The notes under the pieces: model-generated
Databases searched by the model: none
What the model saw: the letters and a program-made list of their open reading frames with translations, nothing else
Told to the model about the DNA's origin: nothing
DNA from: an uncultured Flavobacteriaceae bacterium
GTDB taxonomy: Bacteria; Pseudomonadota; Alphaproteobacteria; Micropepsales; Micropepsaceae
Direction: 5' to 3'
Length of the DNA stretch: 64,000 nt
Assembly (NCBI GenBank): GCA_964483585.1
Contig: CAZABH010000002.1
Coordinates: 65,380 to 129,379, forward strand
Translations under genes and position numbers: made by a program
Shown: positions 28,276 to 37,531 of the stretch, piece after piece
Numbering within the stretch: the first letter of the stretch is position 1
Layout: every line of letters begins with the position of its first letter

Positions 28276-28991
28276 GCATGCTGCCCGATACAGAGCGACC
28301 GGGGACACCCGAGCATCATCTGCTGGTCGTCGACGATGACACGCGCATTCGTACGCTGCTGCAGCGGTTCCTGACCGAGAACGGCTATCGCGTGACTGCG
28401 GCCAAGGACGCGGCCGAAGCGCGTCAGCTGCTTGAGAGCTGGGAGTTCGATTTCATCATCCTCGATGTGATGATGCCGGGCGAAGACGGGTTTTCGCTGA
28501 CCAAGGCCATACGGGCGCGCTCGAATGTGCCCATCCTGTTGCTGACCGCGCGTGGCGAGTCCGTCGACAGGATCGAGGGTCTTGAGCGTGGCGCGGATGA
28601 TTATCTGCCCAAGCCCTTCGAGCCCCGGGAGTTGTTGCTGCGGGTGGCCACGATCCTCAAGCGCGCGGCGCGCCCGAGCGGTGATCCGAAGCATGTCGTG
28701 CAACTGGGTGTGTGCCGCTTCGACGCCGAGCGCGGCGAGCTTTCGCGCGAGGGCAAGCCCATAAAGCTGACGTCGGCCGAGTTGCAGTTGCTGCGTTTGC
28801 TTTCTGCGAGCGCCGGGCAACCGTTCACGCGCAGCGAGCTTTCGCAGCAGATGGGCGCTGTGCTCGAGCGGACCGTCGATGTTCAGATCACTCGGTTGCG
28901 GCGCAAGATCGAGGTTGATCCACGGTTGCCGCTGTACCTGCAGACGGTACGTGGCATCGGTTATGTCCTCGTTCCCGACAGGCAGGGTTAG
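28272..28991 (+). CDS. OmpR-family response regulator
   Basis: Receiver LLVVDDD...ILDVMMPGEDG...ADDYLPKPF and a winged-helix C-terminus. Close to E. coli OmpR by eye. ATGA overlap with marR. Confidence 0.9.
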   Translation: MSMLPDTERPGTPEHHLLVVDDDTRIRTLLQRFLTENGYRVTAAKDAAEARQLLESWEFDFIILDVMMPGEDGFSLTKAIRARSNVPILLLTARGESVDRIEGLERGADDYLPKPFEPRELLLRVATILKRAARPSGDPKHVVQLGVCRFDAERGELSREGKPIKLTSAELQLLRLLSASAGQPFTRSELSQQMGAVLERTVDVQITRLRRKIEVDPRLPLYLQTVRGIGYVLVPDRQG

Positions 28992-28993
28992 TC

Positions 28994-30328
28994 GTGTCGG
29001 CGGGTCTTGTCAGGCGATCACTTCCGCGTGGCCTGTTCGGCCGGTCCTTGCTGATCATCGTCATGCCTGTGATCCTGGTGCAAGCTGTTGTCACCTATCT
29101 GCTGTTCGACCGGCAGTGGGATGCAGTGACAACACGCATCTCGCGTGCGGTTGCGGCACAGATTGTCCTGTTCGTGCAGAGCTACGAGACCAACGGCCCC
29201 GAGCGTTTCGAGGTCGAAGCGGTCAAACTGCGCGAGACCTCGTTTGGCCTTGTACCCGTCGTCAGGCCAGGCGAGCGGATTCCTGATACGGAGCCGCAAG
29301 CCTATGAGGTGCTGCAGCGCGTCTTTGCGCGCGAGCTGTCAGCGCGCATCAACCGGCCCGTCTGGATCGATTCGTTCAGCCATCCGGACCATGTGGACAT
29401 CCGCATCCAGCTTGACGGTGCGGTCATGATAATCCTTGCCGAGCGCAAGCGCGTGATGTCGACCAATACCCATGTCTGGGTCCTATGGATGATTGGCACG
29501 TCCGTCATCTTCCTCAGCATCGCGATCCTGTTCCTGCGCAACCAGATCCGTCCCATCGAGCGCCTCGCAGATGCGGCGGAGGCCTTCGGCAAGGGTCGGG
29601 ATGTGCCAGACTTCAGACCCGCGGGTGCCAACGAGGTGCGGCGCGCGGCGTTGGCCTTCATTGACATGCGCGAGCGCATTTCACGCTTCGTGCAACAGCG
29701 CACCGACATGCTGGCCGGGGTCAGTCACGATTTGAGGACCCCGTTGACGCGCATGAAGCTTGAGCTTGCCATGATGAAGGAGAATCCATCCATCGTTGCG
29801 CTCAAGGGTGACCTCGAGGAAATGGAACATATGCTCGAGGAGTATCTTGCCTTTGCGCGGGGGCAGGCGGGCGAAGGGGCCAGCGACACCGATATCTCTC
29901 AATTGCTGCGCGAGGTTGTTGGCAACGCGCAGCGCAAGGCAGATGGAAAGCAGCCAGGCAAGACGGTCGAGGCCGACGTTCCCGATACGCTTGTCATTCC
30001 CGTGCGTCCGAATGCTTTGAAGCGCTGCGTCGTGAACCTGGTCGAGAATGCGGTTCGGCATGGCTCTCACGTGCGCGTTACCCTGCGGCATGGCGATCAT
30101 GCTATCGAGATCGTGGTCGATGATGACGGCCCGGGTATCCCGCCAGAGCGTCGCGAGGAAGCATTCCGTCCCTTTCACAGGCTTGATAGTGGGCGTTCTC
30201 TTGCCACTGGCGGTGCGGGGTTGGGGCTTGCGATCGCCCTTGATATCGCGCGTGGGCACGGCGGTGACATCATTCTGGATGACAGCCCGCTTGGCGGGTT
30301 ACGCGGTGTGATCCGTATCCCGGTCTGA
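28994..30328 (+). CDS. EnvZ-like sensor histidine kinase
   Basis: Two TM helices, HAMP, H-box LAGVSHDLRTPLTRM (almost identical to EnvZ), G-boxes DDDGPGIP and GGAGLGLAIA. Confidence 0.85.
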   Translation: MSAGLVRRSLPRGLFGRSLLIIVMPVILVQAVVTYLLFDRQWDAVTTRISRAVAAQIVLFVQSYETNGPERFEVEAVKLRETSFGLVPVVRPGERIPDTEPQAYEVLQRVFARELSARINRPVWIDSFSHPDHVDIRIQLDGAVMIILAERKRVMSTNTHVWVLWMIGTSVIFLSIAILFLRNQIRPIERLADAAEAFGKGRDVPDFRPAGANEVRRAALAFIDMRERISRFVQQRTDMLAGVSHDLRTPLTRMKLELAMMKENPSIVALKGDLEEMEHMLEEYLAFARGQAGEGASDTDISQLLREVVGNAQRKADGKQPGKTVEADVPDTLVIPVRPNALKRCVVNLVENAVRHGSHVRVTLRHGDHAIEIVVDDDGPGIPPERREEAFRPFHRLDSGRSLATGGAGLGLAIALDIARGHGGDIILDDSPLGGLRGVIRIPV

Positions 30329-30919
30329 TTCGGTGTCGGTCTCGCGTCGCAGGCCTTCCAGGGTCTCGGTCCATTCTTCGATCATTCGAAGTCGCCGGTC
30401 GAGATGTGCCATGGTGCGCGCAAGGTCGCGTTGGTCGTCCAGCCAGACGGGCAGCGTGTCCGCCATCAGAAGGCCCATGCCCCGCGTAATGGCAAAGCCG
30501 CGCCATCCTGTATCGGGTAGGTGCGCGACCTCTGCGATCCAGTGGGCGCTGCGTGCGACCAGGGGCAACAAGTCCACAATGAGGCCGGGATCGCTTGAGC
30601 CAGCCTCGCGAATGGCTCCTAGCAAGGCCCTGTGTGGTTCCAGATGCTCGAACCAGCACAGCATGGCATCAAAGGCGCGATCACGCGGTGCCATTTGTGG
30701 GTCAATCTCATGGTCGTGCCGAAGGAAGGCGAGGTCGATTTCCTTTCCCAACAATGAGAGCAGCGCCGCTTTGCCAGGGCAGATCTCGTAGAGGGTGGCT
30801 AGCGGGATGGTGGCCTTGCGTGCTGCCTTTGTCAGGCTGAAGCCAGCCCATCCATGTGCAAGGATCTCGGCTGTTGCAGCAGCGATCAGCTTGTGTTGCG
30901 GTGTGCTTCTTGTGGTCAT
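30299..30919 (-). CDS. TetR/AcrR-like transcriptional regulator
   Basis: The N-terminal HTH-like segment LIAAATAEILAHGWAGFSLTKAARKATIPLATLYEICPGKAALL is the only basis for the call. Overlaps the proC stop by 4 nt. Confidence 0.5.
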   Translation of the reverse strand: MTTRSTPQHKLIAAATAEILAHGWAGFSLTKAARKATIPLATLYEICPGKAALLSLLGKEIDLAFLRHDHEIDPQMAPRDRAFDAMLCWFEHLEPHRALLGAIREAGSSDPGLIVDLLPLVARSAHWIAEVAHLPDTGWRGFAITRGMGLLMADTLPVWLDDQRDLARTMAHLDRRLRMIEEWTETLEGLRRETDTESDRDTDHTA

Positions 30920-31734
30920 TTGCTGCCTGCAAGCTCGCGTGCGCGCCGGGTGGCTGCGGCAACGGCCTCGATCATCAAGGTCTCATTCCTGTTGCCATCC
31001 ATCAGGACATGCAAGGCTGCTTCCGTGGTTCCTCCAGGACTTGTGACCGAGCGGCGCAGCTCTGCAGGCGACTGGTTGCTTGCTGCCAGCAGGGCTCCGG
31101 CCCCTTCTACAGTTCGTCGAGCGAGCAATCCTGCTATGTCCGGGGGCAGGCCTTGTTCGTGTCCTGCTGCAGCCAGGCACTCGACCAGGTGGAACACATA
31201 GGCAGGACCCGATCCGGACACGGCTGTGACTGCATTGATGAGGTCTTCTGCATCAAGCCAGAAAAAGTCACCCACCGATCGCATCAGGGCTTCGGCTGTG
31301 AGGCGTGCGCCGGGCGGGGTGCCATGGCGTGCAACGCCTGCCGTGATTCCCTTTCCAATCGATGCCGGCATGTTTGGCATGCAGCGTACCAGTGCGCGCG
31401 GGTTTCCCAGCCACGTGTCGAGGCTCTGCAGTGTCGTGCCGGCCGCCAATGAGATGAATACGGCGTGATCTGCATGCGGGCGGTAGCTGGGTGCCACTGT
31501 CGCCATCATCTGGGGCTTTACGGCCAGGATGACCGCTTCAGGCTTTGTATTGCCGAGGTCCGCGTGGTCCGAGAGAAGTCGTACACCCGCTGCTGCCATG
31601 TCTGTTGCGATCCGCGGCGATGGTGCCGGGTCGATCAGCAGCAGCTTTTCTGGTCCGAGAGGCTGCAGCAGGGCGCGCGCCATGGCGCCGCCCATGTTGC
31701 CGGCGCCGACAATCACAATGGGGCCGGACGGCAA
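30916..31734 (-). CDS. proC: Pyrroline-5-carboxylate reductase
   Basis: Rossmann IVIVGAGNMGGAM and signature SPGGTTEAAL. Listed ORF 30916..31971 runs into the upstream gene. I chose the in-frame TTG at 31734 (273 aa); GTG at 31716 is an alternative. Confidence 0.85.
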   Translation of the reverse strand: MPSGPIVIVGAGNMGGAMARALLQPLGPEKLLLIDPAPSPRIATDMAAAGVRLLSDHADLGNTKPEAVILAVKPQMMATVAPSYRPHADHAVFISLAAGTTLQSLDTWLGNPRALVRCMPNMPASIGKGITAGVARHGTPPGARLTAEALMRSVGDFFWLDAEDLINAVTAVSGSGPAYVFHLVECLAAAGHEQGLPPDIAGLLARRTVEGAGALLAASNQSPAELRRSVTSPGGTTEAALHVLMDGNRNETLMIEAVAAATRRARELAGSK

Positions 31735-31763
31735 GCCACCGGTGTCTGATGTCGAGGTTCTGG

Positions 31764-32264
31764 TCAGGCTGTTCCCTGGCACTGGAATACCGCCGATGCT
31801 GCTGCTTCGGCGGCAGATTTGCCAGCCCAGATCACAAATTGGAAGGCTGAATGATAGCGCTCGCAGGCCTCGAGGGCTGCGTCGATCATTCCCTCGCACT
31901 GTTCCGGCGTTCCCATGGCGTTGCGCAGCAGGAGTCCGTGGCGGTAGGTGACCTGGCCGCTGTCGGGCCACATCTCGAAGTGGCCCAGCCAGAGCTGTTC
32001 GTTGATAATGTTGATGAGGGCGGCGACTTCCGCCCGTTTGTTGCGCGGCGCCTTGACTTCCAGCTGCACGGATACTTGCAGCGTTTCAACGTTTTCACGC
32101 CAGTTGAAGGCGAGATGGTGATCGGTTGTCTGTCCGGGAAACGAGACGTGCATCTCGTCTTCGCCCTGCCGGTCGTAGAGCCACTCGTTCTGGGCGGCCA
32201 ATTGCTCGACCAGGTCGAGCGGGTTGTCGCCAGAGGAGGGGGTGGCCAACTGCAATGTGCTCAT
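31764..32264 (-). CDS. YbjN-domain protein
   Basis: Listed ORF 31764..32696. ATG at 32264 follows AAGGAAG and gives 166 aa (MSTLQLATPSSGDNPLDLVEQLA...). The acidic, chaperone-like YbjN pattern sits upstream of proC, as in many Alphaproteobacteria. Confidence 0.6.
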   Translation of the reverse strand: MSTLQLATPSSGDNPLDLVEQLAAQNEWLYDRQGEDEMHVSFPGQTTDHHLAFNWRENVETLQVSVQLEVKAPRNKRAEVAALINIINEQLWLGHFEMWPDSGQVTYRHGLLLRNAMGTPEQCEGMIDAALEACERYHSAFQFVIWAGKSAAEAAASAVFQCQGTA

Positions 32265-32294
32265 CTCACGATCTTCCTTTTTTGCCCCCAGAGT

Positions 32295-32327
32295 CAGCCC
32301 GCCGCCGGGGTGGGCCGGCGGCGGCTG
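32295..32327. other. GC-rich stem-loop CAGCCCGCCGCCGG-ggtggg-CCGGCGGCGGCTG
   Basis: A 13-14 bp stem with one bulge, 30 nt upstream of the ybjN start on the minus strand. No U-tract on either strand. Confidence 0.4.
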
Positions 32328-32742
32328 CAGTCGAGAGCTATGTAGAAAGGTTACGCAGGCAGGTTCTCCGAAGCGGGCTATCAGGCCGGTGCCACATTTA
32401 GTGGTCCGCCGCGAAGCACCTCCCATGAATTGGAACGTGCACCAAAGGTTGAATCCCCCGCAAGAGTCCCACGGGGCGAATGACGCATTCTTCATGTGGA
32501 CTGTATCATTGCTGGCGTTTGCGCTTGGGGATGTCCTGCGGACAGATGGATTTCCACTGGTGTGAATCATTTTTTCACATGCGGTGGCCCAGTCAGTGGT
32601 GGCAATTAATCCGAATGCAGGGTCCTTGGGCGGGCGCATGCAGAACCGAGATGGGATATGGATAGAGCTGCAGTCCCTTGTCGCGTCGTGTTTCAACCTG
32701 TCCCTTCATTCAAGCCGTCTTTCCTGAGTGAGAACCTGGTCC

Positions 32743-33618
32743 ATGCTTCCCTTCCCGGATATCGATCCCGTCCTGATCCAGATCGGCCCTCTGGCGATCC
32801 GATGGTACGCGCTGGCCTATATCGCCGGCCTGCTCGGCGCCTGGTGGTACATCCTGCGCCTGATCCGCACGCCGCGCCTGTGGGCCGAAGAACCTTTCAA
32901 TGGCAAGCCTCAGGCAAGCGAAGACACCATTGGTGATCTTTTCGTCTGGGCCTCGGTCGGCGTGATCCTTGGCGGGCGGCTTGGCTATGTGCTGTTCTAT
33001 GGGCTGGTCTACGAAACTGATCGGTTTCTCTCCCAGCCATGGCTTGTGTTCGCTGCGTGGGAAGGGGGAATGTCGTTCCACGGCGGGGCGCTTGGCGTGG
33101 TCGCGGCGATCATCCTGTTTGCGCGACGTAGCCGGATCGACATGGTGGCGCTTGGCGACCTTGTCGCGGCAGCGGCGCCCGTCGGGCTTTTCTTCGGGCG
33201 TGTCGCCAACTTCATCAATGGCGAGCTGTATGGCAAGGTCACCGATGTTCCCTGGTCCTTCCAGTTCCCTGCTGCAGCCATCCGTGCTGCGGATGGAACG
33301 GTGATTAGCAATCCGCCACGACATCCCTCGCAGCTTTATGAGGCGGCTCTTGAGGGACTTGTCCTGTTTGTTATCCTCTATGTCATGATCACACGCTTTG
33401 GTGCGTTGAGGCGCCCGGGCCTTGTGATTGCCGTGTTCTGGATTGGCTATGGCGTGTTCCGGAGCGTCGTCGAGATCTTCTTTCGCGACTCCAACCAGCT
33501 TGTCTTCGGCGGGGCGATGACGATGGGCACGCTTCTGTCACTCTTCATGCTGGGCATTGGCGGCTTCTTTGCCTGGTATGCCCTTTACCGGAAGGGGCCC
33601 AGGTTGCTTGTGCCATGA
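32743..33618 (+). CDS. lgt: Prolipoprotein diacylglyceryl transferase
   Basis: MLPFPDIDPVLIQIGPLAIRWYALAYI...GGRLGYVLFY...HPSQLYEA. ORF 32728 is a GTG alternative. Confidence 0.9.
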   Translation: MLPFPDIDPVLIQIGPLAIRWYALAYIAGLLGAWWYILRLIRTPRLWAEEPFNGKPQASEDTIGDLFVWASVGVILGGRLGYVLFYGLVYETDRFLSQPWLVFAAWEGGMSFHGGALGVVAAIILFARRSRIDMVALGDLVAAAAPVGLFFGRVANFINGELYGKVTDVPWSFQFPAAAIRAADGTVISNPPRHPSQLYEAALEGLVLFVILYVMITRFGALRRPGLVIAVFWIGYGVFRSVVEIFFRDSNQLVFGGAMTMGTLLSLFMLGIGGFFAWYALYRKGPRLLVP

Positions 33619-34700
33619 ACGAGGTTGAACGGTTCATCAAGGCGCATATCAGGGAGAATGGCCCCATGAGTGTGGAGCAGTTCTTCCTGATCGCGGCGAG
33701 CGGTCATCCGCAGTCGTATTATGCAAGCAAAGATCCGTTTGGTGATCACGGCGACTTCATCACGGCACCAGAGATCTCGCAGGTGTTTGGCGAGTGCATC
33801 GGCCTGTGGTGTGTTGATGCGTGGGAGAAGATGGGTTCTCCCGAAGCGTTCAGCTTGACGGAATGTGGCCCGGGCAATGGCACCTTGATGTCTGACATCC
33901 TGCGGGCGGCGCGCATCAGGCCTGGCTTCGCACAGGGGGTGCAGGTGCAGCTTGTCGAGACCAGTCCGCGCCTGCGTGAGGTGCAGCGTGCAAGGCTTGC
34001 CGGGCATGGCGCCGTGAGCTGGCATGAGTCGGTCGAGGCATTGGGAGACGGGCTGCCAATGATCGTGGTCTGCAACGAGTTCTTCGATGCCCTGCCGGCG
34101 CGCCAATTTATCCGCCTGGGCGGGTGCTGGCGCGAGCGCGTGGTCGGGCTGGATGCCAATGGGCAGCTGGTCTTCATGGTCAATCGTGACGTCGACTTCA
34201 CCGGTGCGATGCCCTGGCAACTGCAAGGCGCCGCGGAGGGCAGCGTGCATGAGATCTCTGCTGCCGCGCTGCGCGTTTCGTCCGCCCTTGGTGAGAAGCT
34301 GAGGCGCAATGCCGGAGTCCTGCTTGCCATCGATTATGGATACGAGGGACCTGCAGTGGGAGATACGCTGCAGGCTCTGCGGTCCCATGCGCCCTGCCAT
34401 GTGCTGTCTTCGCCCGGGTCTGCCGATATCACCTTCCATGTCGATTTCCAGGCCATCGCGGCTGCCCTGGCAAGTGCAGGCCTCATGGTCTGGCCGCTGC
34501 AGGCGCAGGGTTCGTTCCTGCTGGCCATGGGCGCCGCGGCGCGAACCGAAATGTTGCTTGGCAAGGCGACATCGCGCCAGGCGGAGAGCTTGCGCAAGGC
34601 GCTGACGCGGTTGACGTCACCGGAGGCAATGGGCACCCTGTTCAAGGTGCTGTGTGCTTCGTTTCCTCCCTCGCTTGTCCCTGCCGGGTTCACACCATGA
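33615..34700 (+). CDS. Class I SAM-dependent methyltransferase, MidA/NDUFAF7 (DUF185) family
   Basis: 361 aa. DFITAPEISQVFGE and LTECGPGNGTLMSDIL are family-typical. ATGA overlap with lgt. Confidence 0.75.
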   Translation: MNEVERFIKAHIRENGPMSVEQFFLIAASGHPQSYYASKDPFGDHGDFITAPEISQVFGECIGLWCVDAWEKMGSPEAFSLTECGPGNGTLMSDILRAARIRPGFAQGVQVQLVETSPRLREVQRARLAGHGAVSWHESVEALGDGLPMIVVCNEFFDALPARQFIRLGGCWRERVVGLDANGQLVFMVNRDVDFTGAMPWQLQGAAEGSVHEISAAALRVSSALGEKLRRNAGVLLAIDYGYEGPAVGDTLQALRSHAPCHVLSSPGSADITFHVDFQAIAAALASAGLMVWPLQAQGSFLLAMGAAARTEMLLGKATSRQAESLRKALTRLTSPEAMGTLFKVLCASFPPSLVPAGFTP

Positions 34701-35470
34701 GGACCATGCTGAGTTCGTCGCTGCTTGAAGATCGCGGAATCGCGCACGGTTTCTGGGGGCGTCGGGGTGGCGTCTCGGATGGTGTCTTTTCCTCGCTGAA
34801 CTGCGGTTATGGGTCTGATGATGAACCAGAGCGCGTGCGGCAGAATCGAGGGGTCGTTGCCTCGCGCCTCGGCGTGGATGTCGATGACCTTGTCACCGCC
34901 TATCAGGTCCATAGCGCGGACGTGATCGAGGTGACGGCGCCATGGACGCGCACGCATGCGCCGCGCGGCGACGCGATGGTCACACGTGTCCCGGGGATTG
35001 CGCTGGGTGTCCTTGCCGCCGATTGTGCGCCTGTGCTGCTGGCTGATCCGCAGGCCCGTGTCATCGGTTGCGCCCATGCCGGCTGGCAGGGTGCACTCAA
35101 GGGTGTCATCGCAGCCGTGGTTGCGGCCATGACGAGCCTTGGTGCGCGCCGCGAACGCATCGTTGCCGTCGTGGGGCCGTGCATCACCCAGGCCAATTAT
35201 GAGGTTGGGCCCGAGTTTCATGCCCGCTTTATCGATGCACAACCCACTCTGGGGCGCTTCTTTATTGCGGCTGCGCGTGCGGATCATTTCATGTTCGACC
35301 TGCCGGGCTTTGTCCTGCACCGCCTCGAGGACGCCGGGGTTGGCGCGCGTGAGGCGCTTGGTCCTTGTACCTACCAGGATGAGGCTGGGCATTTTTCGTT
35401 CCGTCGAACGACCCATCGCGGCGAGACGAAGTATGGGCGCAACATCTCGGCCATTGTGCTGACGCCATGA
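34697..35470 (+). CDS. pgeF: Peptidoglycan editing factor PgeF (YfiH/DUF152, laccase-domain protein)
   Basis: HGFWGRRGGVS, QVHSADV, ADCAPVLL, HAGWQG. ATGA overlap with the upstream methyltransferase. Confidence 0.8.
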   Translation: MRTMLSSSLLEDRGIAHGFWGRRGGVSDGVFSSLNCGYGSDDEPERVRQNRGVVASRLGVDVDDLVTAYQVHSADVIEVTAPWTRTHAPRGDAMVTRVPGIALGVLAADCAPVLLADPQARVIGCAHAGWQGALKGVIAAVVAAMTSLGARRERIVAVVGPCITQANYEVGPEFHARFIDAQPTLGRFFIAAARADHFMFDLPGFVLHRLEDAGVGAREALGPCTYQDEAGHFSFRRTTHRGETKYGRNISAIVLTP

Positions 35471-36375
35471 TCGCGCAACTTCGCCACGCCTGCCTGGTTG
35501 CCCTTGTGCTGCTTGCGGGTTGTGCCGCCATCACCGAACCTCTGGGCGTGGAGGATCCGTTTGCCATTCCGCGGGCCTTCGAAGGTGTGGCGCGCAACGA
35601 GGCCGTCTTGGCGCCTGCGCTCAGCACGGACAGTGTGGTTGTCGAGGTTCCGAAAGGGCTTGAGTCCAGCTTTGGCGGGGACTTGCAGTCGAAGGTCATC
35701 CGCGCGCTTGAGACCCGGGACATCGCGGCGCAACCGCGCAGCAGCGAGCCATCATGGACGCTGAGGGCGCGGTATGCGGGTACCTTCAGGCCCGACAAGA
35801 AGGGGCCTGCCATTGGCGTCATCGTCTGGCGCCTGTTCGATCGTGACACCGTGCGGCGCGAGCAGTTCACCACGACGTATACCGGCGACACTGCCGACAC
35901 GCTGCACCCGACGCTTGGAGACCAGGCGTCCTATGTGACGGAGAAGGTGGTTGCTGCGCTCAACCTGGGTGACGGGAAAGCAGATGGCCTTGAAGGTGCA
36001 GGAGACGTGCCCGTCGTGCGGGTAGGACGCATCGGTGGTGCGCCAGGTGATGGCAACCGTTCGCTTGGGCTGGCATTGGAGGGTGCCTTGCGGGCAAAAG
36101 GTGCCAAGGTTGAGAGGGGTCAAGTCTCTGGCGCGTGGCGCGTTGATTGTGCTGTGAGTGTCACGCCTATCGATGCACAGCAGGAGCGCGTCAAGCTGGT
36201 CTGGACGCTGGTCGCTGCCGATGGTCAGAGCGTGGGAACGCTGGTGCAGGAGAACCCTGTTGTGCGCGGACGCCTTCGCCAGAAGTGGGGCGAGGTTGCC
36301 GCCTATGCGGCCGAGGCTGCTGCGGATGGCATCTGGCAGGTTCTTCAACAGATTCCAGCACCGCTTGAGCGTTAA
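35467..36375 (+). CDS. Lipoprotein, two-repeat architecture, unknown function
   Basis: Lipobox LVLLAG-C. ATGA overlap with pgeF. The two halves look related by eye (VVVEVPKG...IGVIVWRLFD versus VVRVGRIGG...VKLVWTLVA). Confidence 0.5.
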   Translation: MIAQLRHACLVALVLLAGCAAITEPLGVEDPFAIPRAFEGVARNEAVLAPALSTDSVVVEVPKGLESSFGGDLQSKVIRALETRDIAAQPRSSEPSWTLRARYAGTFRPDKKGPAIGVIVWRLFDRDTVRREQFTTTYTGDTADTLHPTLGDQASYVTEKVVAALNLGDGKADGLEGAGDVPVVRVGRIGGAPGDGNRSLGLALEGALRAKGAKVERGQVSGAWRVDCAVSVTPIDAQQERVKLVWTLVAADGQSVGTLVQENPVVRGRLRQKWGEVAAYAAEAAADGIWQVLQQIPAPLER

Positions 36376-36437
36376 GCCGCGTTGCATCGCTGCGGCGCGG
36401 TTGCTAAAAGCGCCTGCGTTTTCAAGGGTATCGCCGC

Positions 36438-37370
36438 ATGAAGCTTCTCTCCGGCAACAGCAATCATCCCCTGGCCACCCAGATCGGTGAGTACCTGCAT
36501 GTTCCGCTGACCAAGGCGATCGTTCGCCGGTTCGCCGATATGGAGGTCTTTGTCGAGATCCAGGAGAATGTCCGCGGCGAGGATGTGTTCGTCATCCAGT
36601 CGACCTCGTTTCCCACCAATGATCACCTGATGGAGCTTCTGATCTGCATCGATGCGCTGCGGCGGGCTTCTGCCAAGCGTGTTACGGCCGTGATCCCTTA
36701 TTTCGGCTATGCACGTCAGGATCGCAAGCCTGGGCCTCGCACGCCCATCTCCGCGAAGCTGGTCGCCAACATCATCACGCAGGCTGGTGCGGGGCGTGTG
36801 CTGACGCTTGACCTGCACGCGGGTCAGATCCAGGGCTTTTTCGATATCCCCACCGACAACCTTTTTGCAGCACCGATCTTCGAGAACGACATCAAGAAGA
36901 ATTTCGCGGGGGAGCCGCTCATGGTGGTCTCTCCTGATGTCGGCGGTGTGGTTCGTGCGCGTGCGCTGGCCCGGCGGATCGATGCCGATCTGGCCATCGT
37001 GGACAAGCGTCGCGAGCGTGCGGGCGAGTCCGAGGTCATGAATATCATTGGTGATGTCTCTGGCCGCGTTTGCATCCTGATCGACGACATCGTGGACAGT
37101 GCTGGTACCCTCTGCAATGCCGCTGAGGCGTTGATGCAGAAGGGGGCGAAGGCGACCTATGCCTATGCGACGCATGGCGTGCTGTCGGGTGGGGCTGTTG
37201 CCCGCGTCCGGGGTTCGGCGCTGAAGGGTCTGGTCATCACGGATTCCATCGCCGCAACAGAGGCTGTGCGGAGCTGCGGCAATATCCGCATCCTGCCGAC
37301 GGCCGAGCTTCTGGGCGAGGCCATCAAGCGGATTGCCGAGGAACGCTCGGTTTCCAGCCTTTTTGACTGA
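36438..37370 (+). CDS. prs: Ribose-phosphate pyrophosphokinase
   Basis: 310 aa. [11 protein letters not shown] and PRPP loop [12 protein letters not shown]. Confidence 0.95.
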   Translation: MKLLSGNSNHPLATQIGEYLHVPLTKAIVRRFADMEVFVEIQENVRGEDVFVIQSTSFPTNDHLMELLICIDALRRASAKRVTAVIPYFGYARQDRKPGPRTPISAKLVANIITQAGAGRVLTLDLHAGQIQGFFDIPTDNLFAAPIFENDIKKNFAGEPLMVVSPDVGGVVRARALARRIDADLAIVDKRRERAGESEVMNIIGDVSGRVCILIDDIVDSAGTLCNAAEALMQKGAKATYAYATHGVLSGGAVARVRGSALKGLVITDSIAATEAVRSCGNIRILPTAELLGEAIKRIAEERSVSSLFD

Positions 37371-37531
37371 CCTGCCAATGGAATAATCACAATTTTCTTT
37401 GTGATTTACCTGTGTGCTTGACATCGCGGCATTGAGTTTTGGCGGGGGCTCGGGTATTTCCCCGGCCTCTTTCCGATTGGCGGACAGAACAAGATAAGGG
37501 GCCCTCGAGGGGCCGCCTGAAAGGGTTCGAA

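Noticed and set aside
31735-31971. Long N-terminal extensions offered by the ORF track for proC (to 31971), ybjN (to 32696), petA (from 16016), the aminotransferase (from 56592), msrB (from 57685), petC (from 18017) and the TPR-GT9 gene (to 50848)
   Set aside because: The extensions overlap neighbouring genes or intergenic regions and lack family-like sequence. Internal starts with an RBS give the canonical protein lengths.
37385-37406. AT-rich inverted repeat AATCACAA-N6-TTGTGATT after prs, and a TTGACA hexamer at about 37418 upstream of rplY
   Set aside because: The stem is too weak and lacks a U-tract, so it is not a terminator. No acceptable -10 sits 16-18 nt after the TTGACA. I could not draw a convincing ribosomal-protein leader structure in 37371-37531.
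37515-37531. GGGTTCGAAAT resembling a tRNA T-loop just before rplY
   Set aside because: No complementary T-stem, acceptor or anticodon arms can be drawn around it. I found no tRNA or rRNA anywhere in the window.
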